NCBI GenBank assembly: GCA_965208675.1
Contig: OZ242351.1
Coordinates: 416,001 to 480,000 of the forward strand
DNA: 64,000 bases
Origin: Candidatus Poribacteria bacterium
Lineage (GTDB): Bacteria > Poribacteria > WGA-4E > PCPOR2b
Direction of reading: 5' to 3'
Shown: positions 20,745 to 31,079 of the stretch, in pieces
How the letters are laid out: every line of letters begins with the position of its first letter
Position numbering within the stretch: position 1 is the stretch's first letter
Made by a program: the position numbers and the translations under genes
Notes under the pieces: model-generated
Seen by the model: the letters and a program-made list of their open reading frames with translations, nothing else
Databases searched by the model: none
Told to the model about the DNA's origin: nothing

Positions 20745-21374
20745 CTAATCAGCCAATATCCTGACCGGTGTGCCAGCCGCAATACGTTCATAAATTTTTT
20801 GGGCGTGATGGGGGATTAGGGCAATGCATCCGAGCGTTCCTTTGTAGGATTTAAAGCCGACGTTCTCTAAAATTGCCGAGGCATGAATTTCAATAGAACT
20901 TCCTGTCCTACCTTCCATCTTATCTTCTTCGTTTGGATAGTCGAGCGCCATCACATAAACATGCTCGCCGCCATAAGCTGCGGTCCACAGCTTTTCGTCT
21001 TGAGCGATTTTTAACTCTTGCTCTGAAAGACCGGCATGTTCCAATTTTCCAAAGTAAAGTTCAGTATCTCGTATGGCGTATGTTTCGCCATCCACAACAA
21101 AACTGCTTTGTCCTCCGGGGTTAATTTTGGGCGGTCCGTTGCGGCTGACCATCCATTTGACAGAGTAATCCCCAAGCGGGGTTTTCTTGTCCCCTTCTTT
21201 TTCTTTTCCGATGCCGTTTTGCCCGATGGCAACCGGAAAACACAAATCGACTCGATCACTTTGAACGAGGCGGATTTCTTTAGATTCGCCCAAAACTAAC
21301 AGACAGAATCCGTTTTCATCTCTCCTTAAACCTTGCAGATGGGTTTCTGCATTATTTGACTCGAATTTTGGCAT
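20745..21374 (-). CDS. L,D-transpeptidase (YkuD-like) domain protein
   Basis: 'GKEKEGDKKTPLG', 'ALDYPN', catalytic 'IEIH…TLGCIAL'. Confidence 0.82.
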   Translation of the reverse strand: MPKFESNNAETHLQGLRRDENGFCLLVLGESKEIRLVQSDRVDLCFPVAIGQNGIGKEKEGDKKTPLGDYSVKWMVSRNGPPKINPGGQSSFVVDGETYAIRDTELYFGKLEHAGLSEQELKIAQDEKLWTAAYGGEHVYVMALDYPNEEDKMEGRTGSSIEIHASAILENVGFKSYKGTLGCIALIPHHAQKIYERIAAGTPVRILAD

Positions 21375-21472
21375 TTATAGCGCTATACCTTCCTAATTTT
21401 TACAGGTGTTGAAAAAGAGATTCGTTGAATCCCCGGGACGCCTGGTGTGAGGAGAAAAAATTTCAATGCAAA

Positions 21473-22798
21473 TTAGATTGTAAGCACAACCTCGACCGCA
21501 TTTTTTCCGGGTTGCACATCGACGCGGACAAACAACAGGCGATTGTCCAACCGGGTTACAGCATGGGTGTTGGATTTGGAGAGCGTCAGGCCCGCGTGAT
21601 CGCCCCAAATCGTCAAGCCGTACGGCATGGATTTAGGAGACTCAATCTCAAAGTGCATCCGCAATAGCGACCGTGTGCGAGAAGGCAGAAATTTTTCAAT
21701 CTTTGGCAGGTTAAATTCTGTACCATCGCGCGAATTCACTGGCGGCGAAATGTAGTTCTTTACGGCAATCGGTTCCATGCTGCCTGCTTCAAAAACCAAC
21801 TGGCATTCCGAATCGTAATAGAACAGCATCGACTGCGGCGGCATCCGCCCAGCATCGGTGGGGCTGTCTGGCATCTTATTAGAGGTTGAATCGCCCGATT
21901 CAATGAGGAGAAAGGTGGGGGGCGTCTGATTGCACTCTCGCTGGTAGTCCTCCATAGCATTTGCAAGCGGAATGATTTGTGTGTCGGACTGTTGTGCCAC
22001 ATGTGCGAAGTACGCGTTCAACGCTTCGAGATGTTCCGATGAAAATTGTGCTACCTGATCTGCATTGATATATTGAACGTAAGCAAGCCAAGGATTCCAC
22101 GCTGCATTTGCCGCATACAGATTGAAGAAATGGCGTGCAGTTCCGTTCAAAATTTGAGTGCGAAGATCGAGTGAATCATTCTCTTTAGACTCGTGCTCTT
22201 GAGTCGAAGGCAATTTTTGTTTCACAACGCCCCATGCCGACGCGGGATTTGGCGAAGCAGCCGGAATTCCAGCGATTTTTCCCGCAGCGGGACCGCCCAT
22301 ATTATGCGCATCAGTGGACGGGTAAAAAAATCCAAAAGGGCAACCGGCATCGCCGCCCTTATCCCCCCATCGATAACCCCATAATCCTTTGAAGCCAACT
22401 TTACCCACCGCATACAGCAGGACATGATTTTTTTCCACCGCACCCGCTACCGCCGGGCTTGCCCATTCCATTACCCGCTGGACCTTTTCCCATTCGGATG
22501 AAATGAAACCCGGCAGTTTCTCGCGCATCGTTACGATATGCTCGGCTGATTCAGGCCTATCTATCGGCGTATCACTGCCCCAAATGGGTTTCATATCTAG
22601 CAGCAAGAGCAATTCGTCGCCATAACTTTCGTGCCATTGAGTAAAGTCAGCAGCGAAAGCTCGCGCGGATACGCGGTTAATTGCCCAAGTAATAGGAATG
22701 CCGTGTGTGTGTGCAATTTCTGCAAGAAGGCGAACGCCGCGTCTCAGATTTGTCCTGTCATCGGTAATAGCAGTGCTAACGAGTGAGTAGGCAAACAT
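21473..22798 (-). CDS. Hypothetical protein, possibly a carbohydrate-esterase/deacetylase-like barrel
   Basis: 441-aa ORF; 'GIPITW' and 'GCPFGFFYPS' resemble motifs of uncharacterised deacetylase-like folds (weak inference). Confidence 0.55.
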   Translation of the reverse strand: MFAYSLVSTAITDDRTNLRRGVRLLAEIAHTHGIPITWAINRVSARAFAADFTQWHESYGDELLLLLDMKPIWGSDTPIDRPESAEHIVTMREKLPGFISSEWEKVQRVMEWASPAVAGAVEKNHVLLYAVGKVGFKGLWGYRWGDKGGDAGCPFGFFYPSTDAHNMGGPAAGKIAGIPAASPNPASAWGVVKQKLPSTQEHESKENDSLDLRTQILNGTARHFFNLYAANAAWNPWLAYVQYINADQVAQFSSEHLEALNAYFAHVAQQSDTQIIPLANAMEDYQRECNQTPPTFLLIESGDSTSNKMPDSPTDAGRMPPQSMLFYYDSECQLVFEAGSMEPIAVKNYISPPVNSRDGTEFNLPKIEKFLPSRTRSLLRMHFEIESPKSMPYGLTIWGDHAGLTLSKSNTHAVTRLDNRLLFVRVDVQPGKNAVEVVLTI

Positions 22799-22801
22799 AT
22801 T

Positions 22802-23905
22802 TTACTGCTGTACGTAAGTTTTGTTCAAATAATGGGCGATAATCTCAATATCTTCCTCTAAAAGGAAAAGACCATTTTCAATCATCCGGGAAATGAGTTC
22901 TCTGGTTTCCTCTTCGGACGTGGGCGGCGCATTGTCAACGTCCGCTAATGGATGGCATTGAGAGCACGTTATTTCAAAAAGTTCTAGTGCCTCTGCAGGA
23001 TCATAGCTCGCCTGGTCCAAGCTGGCCGCAACGATGGCATCGGGGTCTTGGGCGGCAGTGTCCGGGTCCTGAATGACATCAGGTACTGGGCTGAACGCCG
23101 ATTGCAGTGCAACTTGTGACTGGCTTGCTTGCATCTCTTCTTTTCTCCGCTCTTTCACCGAATTCTGAATGTCAGGCGTAATCGCAATTAAGTATGCGGA
23201 TACTGTCCACTGTTCTTCCCGGTTAATCGGTTCTCCAATGACGGGTTTAATCGCCATTCGATTTACAAGCCTTACCCAATCCGGCGGAGTGCGGGGGCGA
23301 ACAAGAATAGTTCGTAGGTCGTGGCACTGGACGCATTTCTTCAATAGTACGTCCTGTCCGTCGCGCAATTTTCGTTTGGAAGCTAGTTTATCCAGCGGTG
23401 CATCGTCAGGCAATCCGGCTGTTAGTAACATTTTGTGCGTTCTTTGCATACCGGCTTCGCTAAAGACTTCTTGAGACGTTCGCAGGGCGCGTTCCCGCAG
23501 TGTGAAGGGCACAGACAAGCCGATTAACAGATAGGTACACAACAATAGGGCAGTTCCAATATACGGCATGGCTTCTTCAAAGTGCCTGAAGAAGCGGAGG
23601 ATTGCGATTTTGACCAATAACAGCACGCCGATCGTAATGCCAAGCATCAAGTGGGCAACTGTGCGCGGCGGGAGTTCGATCTGATAGTTCCACAAGCGGG
23701 GCACCATATGCCACATCATGAAGACATAAAGTATCGCATACGAAATACCAATGAGACGATGTATCAACACGAGCGGCGCAGGAGCGGCGCTTGTGCGGGT
23801 TTTTTCATCAAAAGGATAACCCCACAGTTTGTACATTAGGAACACCGCTGCGTTGCCCAAACCTAAGAATACAAGACCAAGTATGGCGCTTGTCGAAGTA
23901 GACAT
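22802..23905 (-). CDS. Membrane-anchored di-haem c-type cytochrome with a 4-TM N-terminal domain
   Basis: Four hydrophobic helices containing His residues; two CxxCH motifs (CVQCH, CSQCH). Start moved to ATG 23905, behind a GGAAGG RBS. Confidence 0.82.
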   Translation of the reverse strand: MSTSTSAILGLVFLGLGNAAVFLMYKLWGYPFDEKTRTSAAPAPLVLIHRLIGISYAILYVFMMWHMVPRLWNYQIELPPRTVAHLMLGITIGVLLLVKIAILRFFRHFEEAMPYIGTALLLCTYLLIGLSVPFTLRERALRTSQEVFSEAGMQRTHKMLLTAGLPDDAPLDKLASKRKLRDGQDVLLKKCVQCHDLRTILVRPRTPPDWVRLVNRMAIKPVIGEPINREEQWTVSAYLIAITPDIQNSVKERRKEEMQASQSQVALQSAFSPVPDVIQDPDTAAQDPDAIVAASLDQASYDPAEALELFEITCSQCHPLADVDNAPPTSEEETRELISRMIENGLFLLEEDIEIIAHYLNKTYVQQ

Positions 23906-24019
23906 ATAGTAATTCCTTCCATTGGGCAGCGAGGCCAGATTGAAGATATTAGAATCAGGCAATTGTAACACAAAGCCGTGCGATTGTCACCACTACTTTA
24001 CCTCGCGGCGATTTTTGCA

Positions 24020-24048
24020 TTGGCGCAGTTTCTATTATGTGATACAAT
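24020..24048 (+). promoter_or_regulatory. sigma70-type promoter TTGGCG-N17-TACAAT with extended TG
   Basis: Hexamer match and spacing, upstream of 24136. Confidence 0.4.
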
Positions 24049-24135
24049 AATCTTCAGTAATTTTGTGAATCGGGCGGCAAAACATCCAAATTAACACTTG
24101 TGTTTTTACTTACGTAGGTGATGAAGGAGTCGTAA

Positions 24136-24810
24136 ATGAAAAGAAAACTTCTGTTAATGCTAGCGTTGGTTGTGGTTGTGTGCGGTCTTGTATTAACCGT
24201 ACAGAGCCGGATGGGCGGGACGAATGAAGTTCAGCCAATGTACGGCAGCCTGCTTATAGATGGTTATGATTTTAAGAATGATGTTGGTCCAAAAGGCACC
24301 ATAATATATGATGAAGACAAAAATGAATTTAGAGGCACCTACATTGGGCTAAAGATGCCCCAGGGACGGCGTGCGGTCTTCGCATGGCTTTACGACACTG
24401 TCAATCAAAAATCTGAATATCTAGGACCGGTTGGCTGGTTAAGAGTTGATACGGGCGGCAAGAAGAAAGGGAAGTTCGCTATTAAGGTGCCGGATAAATT
24501 CAAGGGCGGAAACTTTGGAAGTTACGAAATAATCGGATTCACAGCCGAGAAAACATCGCTAATAGCCAACGGTACTGAGGTAGTAGAGAAGCCGGCGAAG
24601 CCCGCGGGAAGCAAAATTTTAAAGAAACTGGACCCGGCTTTTTACCTATATGCGGCGCTGCCGAACTCTGACACGCCAATGCACTACTGTGGACACGGGG
24701 GAGATTTCTTTTTTGCGAAGGATTTGGAGAATCAACTCTGTTACGACTGACTGTGCGGCACAACATATTCTAAGTGTAAAGCTGCCGGGTTAAAAGCCCA
24801 CGGCAAATAG
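24136..24810 (+). CDS. Secreted hypothetical protein; candidate selenoprotein (CYDU-LC) if TGA 24748-24750 is read through, otherwise ends at 24750
   Basis: Signal peptide and AAGGAG RBS. The TGA follows C-Y-D and is followed in frame by LCGTTYSKCKAAGLKAHGK-TAG. Confidence 0.65.
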
Positions 24811-25081
24811 CATTTTGAATATGTCCTCGGCTCGTGAAGCTGAGGTAATTCAGATTTATACATAAATACCACAACACTTGAATCTATCGGCTGCCGAATC
24901 ATAGTTGCATCGTTCGAGTTTACCGTAGGCGTGATGCAGTTGAGCGGAAGGCTGGGCGATTGGGTTGTCCTTGCCCCGCCGATGTCACTCGGTGACGAGG
25001 CGTTTTTCTTGGCGCTGCATCAGATGATTGAATGGATTTGCGGCGTTGAGTGTGTTTTAAACTTGTCGGAGGTTAAGCACT

Positions 25082-25444
25082 ATGAGCTATCGCGCACCGG
25101 TACCAGTCTTGCGTATATTTGACGAGGCTAAGGCGAAGGAGTTTTATGTCGATTTCTTGGGCTTCAACGTCGATTGGGAACACCGTTTTGATGACAATGC
25201 GCCGCTCTACATGCAAATCTCGAAGGATAAGTGTGTCATACATCTGTCAGAGCATCACGGCGACTGTTGTCCCGGCGGAGCAATGAAAATTGAAACGACG
25301 GAAATAGATGCGTACGAGAAAGAACTAAACGACAAGAATTACCGGTACTACCGGCCAGGAATAGACGACATGCCTTGGGGCAGCCGAGACATGTCGGTCA
25401 AAGATCCATTCGGCAACAGATTGACGTTTACAGACGCGGTATGA
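25082..25444 (+). CDS. Glyoxalase/bleomycin-resistance (VOC) superfamily protein
   Basis: 'KAKEFYVDFLGF', 'HLSEHHGD', 'PWGSRDMSVKDPFGNRLTF'. Confidence 0.9.
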   Translation: MSYRAPVPVLRIFDEAKAKEFYVDFLGFNVDWEHRFDDNAPLYMQISKDKCVIHLSEHHGDCCPGGAMKIETTEIDAYEKELNDKNYRYYRPGIDDMPWGSRDMSVKDPFGNRLTFTDAV

Positions 25445-25554
25445 AGTCGAAATACCCGACTATTTGCGGCTCCATTTTGCTCCAGCTGCAAACCCACCCC
25501 TGCGCTTCGGTTTTTTGCTCGCTCGCTTTGTAATCAAAATGTCAAGGCACCCGA

Positions 25555-27972
25555 ATGAACGTAAAACAGATTCAAATCTTGCACGCTGATGACGCGGACC
25601 TGATGCGCATCAGCCGTGAAGGATTGCTCTCGCTAAATCTTGCCGAGATGAAGGCAATCCGGACATACTTCGCCAATCTAGGTAGAGATCCGACCGATGT
25701 TGAACTTGAAACGCTTGCCCAAACCTGGTCCGAGCATTGCGTTCATAAGACGTTCCGGGGATTGATTGAGTATTCCGAACACGGTTGCGAGACAGTCGTG
25801 ATCGATGGGTTGCTTAAGACTACGATAATGCGGGCAACGCAAACTATCGACAAGAGTTGGTGCGTCTCTACATTTACCGATAACGCTGGCATCATCGAAT
25901 TTGATGATGAATATAACGTCGTGTTTAAGGTCGAAACCCACAACCACCCTTCTGCAATTGAGCCGTATGGCGGCGCCGGAACAGGAATCGGAGGCGTCAT
26001 ACGGGATTCGCTCGGCACAGGCCTTGGCGCCAAACCCGTATTGAACACGGACGTTTTCTGTCTAGGGCTTCCAAATATGGATTATGACGCCTTGCCAAAA
26101 GGTGCGCTCCATCCGAAGCGAGTTTTCAAAGGCGTCGTAGCGGGTGTGCGAGACTACGGTAATCGCATGGGCATCCCGACGGCAAACGGTGCTGTTCTAT
26201 TCGATGAGCGGTATACTGCCAATCCGCTTGTGTTCTGCGGCAATGTCGGGCTGATTCCAAAAAACCGGTGCGATAAAGAGGTTATTCCCGGCGACCGCAT
26301 CGTTGCGCTTGGCGGGCGAACCGGACGTGACGGTATTCACGGGGCGACGTTTTCTTCGCTGGAGTTGGACGACACCTCTGAAACTCTCGGAAGCGTCATA
26401 CAAATTGGCAACCCGATTATGGAGAAAAAAATCGTCGACGCCTTGCTGCAAGCGCGTGATTGCGGGCTTTACCGTTCCATCACTGATTGCGGTGCCGGCG
26501 GATTTTCCTCGGCCATAGGTGAGATGGGCCAGCATACGGGCGCAGAGGTACATTTGCAAAACGTACCGCTCAAATACACAGGCCTTGAACCCTGGGAGGT
26601 TTGGCTTTCCGAGGCACAGGAGCGGATGGTAATCGCGGTTCCAGCCGAAAAGCTTGATGCGCTAATGCAGATTTGCCATGCGGAATCGGTCGAAGCTACG
26701 GTGCTTGGAAAGTTTACAGACAGCGGCAAACTGCGCGTATTATTTGATGGGGAAATCGTGGCAGATATGGATATGGATTTCCTTCATGGTGGATTGCCGC
26801 GTATCACAAAAAAGGCCGTGTGGAAATTGCCTCAACACCGTGAATCAAATGCGTTAGAACCTGCGGGATTGAATTTCAGTCCTAGGCTTTCACAGTCCGA
26901 AACAACGGAGATTCTCTTCAAGATTCTCGGCAGCCCCAACGTCGCCAGTAAAGAATGGGTCATCCGTCAATACGACCATGAGGTTCAGGGCGGGATTGTC
27001 GTCAAGCCGCTCGTTGGAATTGAAAATGACGGCCCGGGCGATGCATGCATCACAACGCCGGTCCTCGGATCCCGACGAGGACTCGTTGTTGCGAACGGTA
27101 TCAATCCAAGATATGCAGACGTCGATCCATATCACAGCGCAGCGTCCGCTATCGACGAAGCGCTCCGAAACGTCATCGCAGTGGGCGGCAACCTTGAACA
27201 CACCGCTCTGCTCGACAACTTCAGTTGGGGGAATCCCGATAAACCGGATAGACTCGGCGGCTTGGTCCGCGCGGCGAGAGCGTGCCACGATATTGCCGTC
27301 GCCTACGGTACGCCCTTCATCTCCGGTAAGGATAGTCTCTACAATGAATACCGCGATACCACCACCGGTGAGCAGCTGGCTATCCCGCCAACACTGCTAA
27401 TCTCCGCTATTTGCGTCATGCCGGACGTGGGTAAAGCAGTTACCATGGATGCGAAATCGCCGGGAGATTTAGTCTACATCGTCGGGGAGACCTATTCCGA
27501 ACTCGGCGGATCACATTACTATGCTTTGCAAGGATACGTCGGAAACGATGTGCCGAAAGTGCGCCCCAAAGAAGGCAAACGGACGATGACGGCGATAAGC
27601 CATGCTATCAATAATCAACTCGTCCGTGCGTGCCACGACTGTTCAGAGGGCGGCATAGGCGTCGCGGCGGCGGAAATGTCATTTGCCGGTGGAATGGGTA
27701 TGCAATTGGATTTGGCGGGCGTTCCGCGCAAAGCATCCATCACGGCGGACGACGTGCTGTTGTTCTCCGAATCCAACAGCCGCTTCGTGTTGAGCATCGC
27801 CCCCGAAAATCGTGAAGAATTTGAGGCGGCAATGGCCGGCATCGCCATCGGCCTCATGGGCACGGTGGTTGAAACTTCAGATTTTGTAGTTAAAGGGTTG
27901 CGTGGAGAGATAATAATTCGGACGACTATTGATCGACTCAAAGAACATTGGAAGCGGACATTTCGCTGGTGA
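25555..27972 (+). CDS. purL: Phosphoribosylformylglycinamidine synthase subunit PurL (small type)
   Basis: 'QTWSEHCVHK', 'KVETHNHPSAIEPYGGAGTG', 'DCGAGG', 'SEAQERM', 'HDCSEGG', 'LFSESNSR'. Confidence 0.96.
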   Translation: MNVKQIQILHADDADLMRISREGLLSLNLAEMKAIRTYFANLGRDPTDVELETLAQTWSEHCVHKTFRGLIEYSEHGCETVVIDGLLKTTIMRATQTIDKSWCVSTFTDNAGIIEFDDEYNVVFKVETHNHPSAIEPYGGAGTGIGGVIRDSLGTGLGAKPVLNTDVFCLGLPNMDYDALPKGALHPKRVFKGVVAGVRDYGNRMGIPTANGAVLFDERYTANPLVFCGNVGLIPKNRCDKEVIPGDRIVALGGRTGRDGIHGATFSSLELDDTSETLGSVIQIGNPIMEKKIVDALLQARDCGLYRSITDCGAGGFSSAIGEMGQHTGAEVHLQNVPLKYTGLEPWEVWLSEAQERMVIAVPAEKLDALMQICHAESVEATVLGKFTDSGKLRVLFDGEIVADMDMDFLHGGLPRITKKAVWKLPQHRESNALEPAGLNFSPRLSQSETTEILFKILGSPNVASKEWVIRQYDHEVQGGIVVKPLVGIENDGPGDACITTPVLGSRRGLVVANGINPRYADVDPYHSAASAIDEALRNVIAVGGNLEHTALLDNFSWGNPDKPDRLGGLVRAARACHDIAVAYGTPFISGKDSLYNEYRDTTTGEQLAIPPTLLISAICVMPDVGKAVTMDAKSPGDLVYIVGETYSELGGSHYYALQGYVGNDVPKVRPKEGKRTMTAISHAINNQLVRACHDCSEGGIGVAAAEMSFAGGMGMQLDLAGVPRKASITADDVLLFSESNSRFVLSIAPENREEFEAAMAGIAIGLMGTVVETSDFVVKGLRGEIIIRTTIDRLKEHWKRTFRW

Positions 27973-28060
27973 TTTTACTTGCAATTTCTTCAATACAACA
28001 ACGGTTGTTTTAAAGCAGTTGACCGATTGTGAGGCGAGGTTTAGTTTGATTGACGTGTAC

Positions 28061-29548
28061 ATGAATCTGCAACAAGAACCAATGTTGCGTCGGCAGTTGG
28101 ATTCTCAAATTTTTTGCCGGCGTTCCGGCTGTTTTCTCCTTCTTGGGCTTTGGATATGCAGTTTATTGGGATGTAATTTTTCGGGCAGGGACCGTACCCC
28201 GCCCCAAATTAAACTCACAATCCAGAATACGTTGCCAATAGAGCGCCTCAATGTTCCCATAGTGCTCACTCTTGAAGAGCTTAGGTCGGTTGCGCCGGAT
28301 TTTTCGTTTGATATTTACCTAGTAAATCCTAGTCAACGAGGTCCTGAAATTCATAGTCAAACCGACGATACTGACTATGACGGCCAAAAGGACGAATTGA
28401 TATTTCTGGTAGACCTCGCGCCGCGGGAAACAAAAGAGGTTTCAATCCTATATGAACCCCGAAACGGCGCTAATTACAGGACGCCGTTGACGCTTGAATT
28501 TCCAAAGCGGACAAGATCCGGTATTTTTCCGGAATTACATGGGTTTGCAGCGTTGGAATCTGAGACAATTGCCTATGTTCTACATGACGACGGGTCGACT
28601 CAAGCTTACGGAAAGCGAAAAAAGCTACTGTTTAACATTGAGCCGCATTTTCAGAATGAGCTAGAATACCGCAATGCTGTTTCACCAGAGTTGCGGCAAG
28701 CGTTTGAAAATAATGGTGTTGGGTTATCTCGGAATATCACAGTTGAAATTCATACGCCCGAAAGTGATTGGATGATTATCGATCAGCAGAGTAAGCAAAA
28801 ATTCTCAGTCCGGAAAGAAGAAAACCAACTTAACGTCTACAATGCTAAGGAATTGTCAATCGATCGATTTATCGGTCGGACTGATAGTACAACCGCATAT
28901 GATCCGGATATCATGACCCCGCTTACTCCGTCTCGCGGGTTAATCGGCTGCGGCGGCTTCGCGCTTTGGGACAAAATAAACCAAGAACTGATCGCGCCGA
29001 CAGGTATAGATGACTACGTGCGGGTCTTATCCGATGGCCCCGTTCGGTCCGCCGTACAGCGGATTATACCCAATTTTCCCTTGGATACGGGAACGATTCA
29101 ACTGACGTCAACGACTATGATTTATGCGGGGCACCAATGGGGAGAACATCACATTGAGGCGCCCGGGTTAACATCCAGATATTGTATTGCAACGGGTTTT
29201 CCAACTGACGGATACAGCTTGGGCAAAAACGCAACTGAAGGGTGGCTATGGACTCGGAATCAACCGGCCCTCACATCACCGCCAACCCAACTTGATATGG
29301 GCATTGTTTTCCCGCCTGATCGGTTGGAGACGTTCAAAGAGTTAGTCTTGATTAAATCTGGTACGAAGACTTATGCTGCGCTTATGAACCCGTCTGACAA
29401 CGGGCGAGTTGTATACCGTTTTTCGTGTGTTTGGAAAATCGATGAAATCAAGGCTGAAGAGGATGTGCACCAATATGTTCAATTTACGGCGGCGGACTTC
29501 CGTACCCCGCCAGTAATTACATTTTTGCCCCAGTCGGCAAAGAGGTAA
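28061..29548 (+). CDS. Putative lipoprotein, DUF4861-like
   Basis: Lipobox-like 'LLGC'; 'SQTDDTDYDGQKDELIF', 'ALESETIAY', 'GCGGFALW', 'DGPVRS'. Start moved to ATG 28061 to avoid overlapping purL. Confidence 0.65.
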   Translation: MNLQQEPMLRRQLDSQIFCRRSGCFLLLGLWICSLLGCNFSGRDRTPPQIKLTIQNTLPIERLNVPIVLTLEELRSVAPDFSFDIYLVNPSQRGPEIHSQTDDTDYDGQKDELIFLVDLAPRETKEVSILYEPRNGANYRTPLTLEFPKRTRSGIFPELHGFAALESETIAYVLHDDGSTQAYGKRKKLLFNIEPHFQNELEYRNAVSPELRQAFENNGVGLSRNITVEIHTPESDWMIIDQQSKQKFSVRKEENQLNVYNAKELSIDRFIGRTDSTTAYDPDIMTPLTPSRGLIGCGGFALWDKINQELIAPTGIDDYVRVLSDGPVRSAVQRIIPNFPLDTGTIQLTSTTMIYAGHQWGEHHIEAPGLTSRYCIATGFPTDGYSLGKNATEGWLWTRNQPALTSPPTQLDMGIVFPPDRLETFKELVLIKSGTKTYAALMNPSDNGRVVYRFSCVWKIDEIKAEEDVHQYVQFTAADFRTPPVITFLPQSAKR

Positions 29549-29629
29549 TGTGTGCCATGGGTGGCAGCGTGTGATTGGCGGTTTAAATCGGGTTTTCAGC
29601 CGTCCAATCAGCAATTCGAGAGTCTGACC

Positions 29630-30226
29630 ATGCTTAACAAAGAAGAATGCCTTAAAATCATCGCCAAGTGCAGAAAAGATGAAGTCGTCATTACAACCAT
29701 GGGGTGCGTAGCGGTTTGGGGAGAGATTTCTGAACATCCCCTCGATTTTGCTTCTGTGGGAAGCGCAATGGGGCATGCTGCCGATTTCGCATTGGGGATT
29801 GCGCTTGCGCGGCCAGACAAAAAGGTATTGGTACTTAATGGGGACGGAAGCATGCTGATGAGCTTAGGCACGCTTGCAACGGCTACCGGGTTGGCTAGAC
29901 CGCCGCACAACTACTACCTTTTCGTGTGTGAAAACAGCGAGTATGAGGTAACAGGCAATCAATCGATACCCGGTGGAATGAACTTTAGCTTCGCCACGGT
30001 TGCGCACGGATCCGGATTTGCGAAGATTCATCGGTTCGACGAACCTTCAGTGCTGGACAGTGCCCTTCCGCAGGTTTTGGCTGAGGAGGGCCCCACCTTT
30101 ATAAACCTTAAAATCGCGTCTTCAAATTCGCGGCCGCCTCATCGGAGTTCAGCGAATTCGGTTAGTTATTTGCGGGAAACGCTTTCCCATTCAGCGCACA
30201 AATTAGCAAAAGCTTTGCAGTCATAA
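29630..30226 (+). CDS. Thiamine-diphosphate-binding subunit (sulfopyruvate/phosphonopyruvate decarboxylase beta-like)
   Basis: 'SAMGHA…ALGIALARPD…NGDGSMLMSLG…EN..YEVTGNQ' ThDP motif. Confidence 0.85.
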   Translation: MLNKEECLKIIAKCRKDEVVITTMGCVAVWGEISEHPLDFASVGSAMGHAADFALGIALARPDKKVLVLNGDGSMLMSLGTLATATGLARPPHNYYLFVCENSEYEVTGNQSIPGGMNFSFATVAHGSGFAKIHRFDEPSVLDSALPQVLAEEGPTFINLKIASSNSRPPHRSSANSVSYLRETLSHSAHKLAKALQS

Positions 30227-30460
30227 ATCTTCTGCGTAGATTCGTCCCTACTCGAGCGGCAGAACAACCCTTTTTTGGATTACCCCGATTCACCTTGGCA
30301 CGGGAATGTATTCTACACCGCGCACTAGCCAACTCGGCACCTAGTAGAAGCAGGTACAACGCCGTTCGGGTTTAAAAAAAGCCGCTTATTGCGCTGTAGA
30401 CGGAAGCAATTGGCTACTGATTAGTTTCACTGATGCGAAAACTGCAGAAGGGAGAATCCG

Positions 30461-31054
30461 TTGAAACGTCTGATTGTTGCTATTACGGGCGCGAGCGGCG
30501 TTGTATACGGGATACGGTTACTGAAAATCCTTGCGCATCAAAAGGAATTTGAGGTACATTTGACAATTTCCCGTTCGGGGGCAACAGCGCTGTGGGAGGA
30601 GCTTCAGATACGTGTAGACTTGGATAACTTTGGGTTTGCATCGCTGACCGGTTTTGACTCAGAAACCGTGGTTTACCATCGTGAGTCCGACATAGCGGCT
30701 CCGATTGCGAGCGGTTCCTTTCGCACACAAGGCATGATAATTGCCCCGTGCAGTATGGGAACGTTGGGGTCGATCGCCGCCGGCATTTCGCGCAACCTCA
30801 TTCATCGTGCTGCTGATGTCTGTATTAAGGAACGGCGCAAGCTGGTGCTAGTGCCGCGTGACACACCGCTCAGCGCCATCCATCTCGAAAACATGTTGAA
30901 ACTGTCACGCATCGGTGCGTGTATACTGCCCGCCATGCCTGGTTTTTACCACTTCCCCAAAACAGTCGATGACCAGATCGACTTCGTGGTCACCAAAGTG
31001 CTGGATCAGTTCGATATTGATGCCGGACTGATTCAACGATGGAAGGAAGAGTAA
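30461..31054 (+). CDS. ubiX: Flavin prenyltransferase UbiX
   Basis: 'AITGASG', 'IASGS', 'APCSMGTL', 'RAADVCIKERR', 'PAMPGFYH'. Confidence 0.93.
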   Translation: MKRLIVAITGASGVVYGIRLLKILAHQKEFEVHLTISRSGATALWEELQIRVDLDNFGFASLTGFDSETVVYHRESDIAAPIASGSFRTQGMIIAPCSMGTLGSIAAGISRNLIHRAADVCIKERRKLVLVPRDTPLSAIHLENMLKLSRIGACILPAMPGFYHFPKTVDDQIDFVVTKVLDQFDIDAGLIQRWKEE

Positions 31055-31079
31055 ACTTCTTGTACTGAGAAAACACAAA

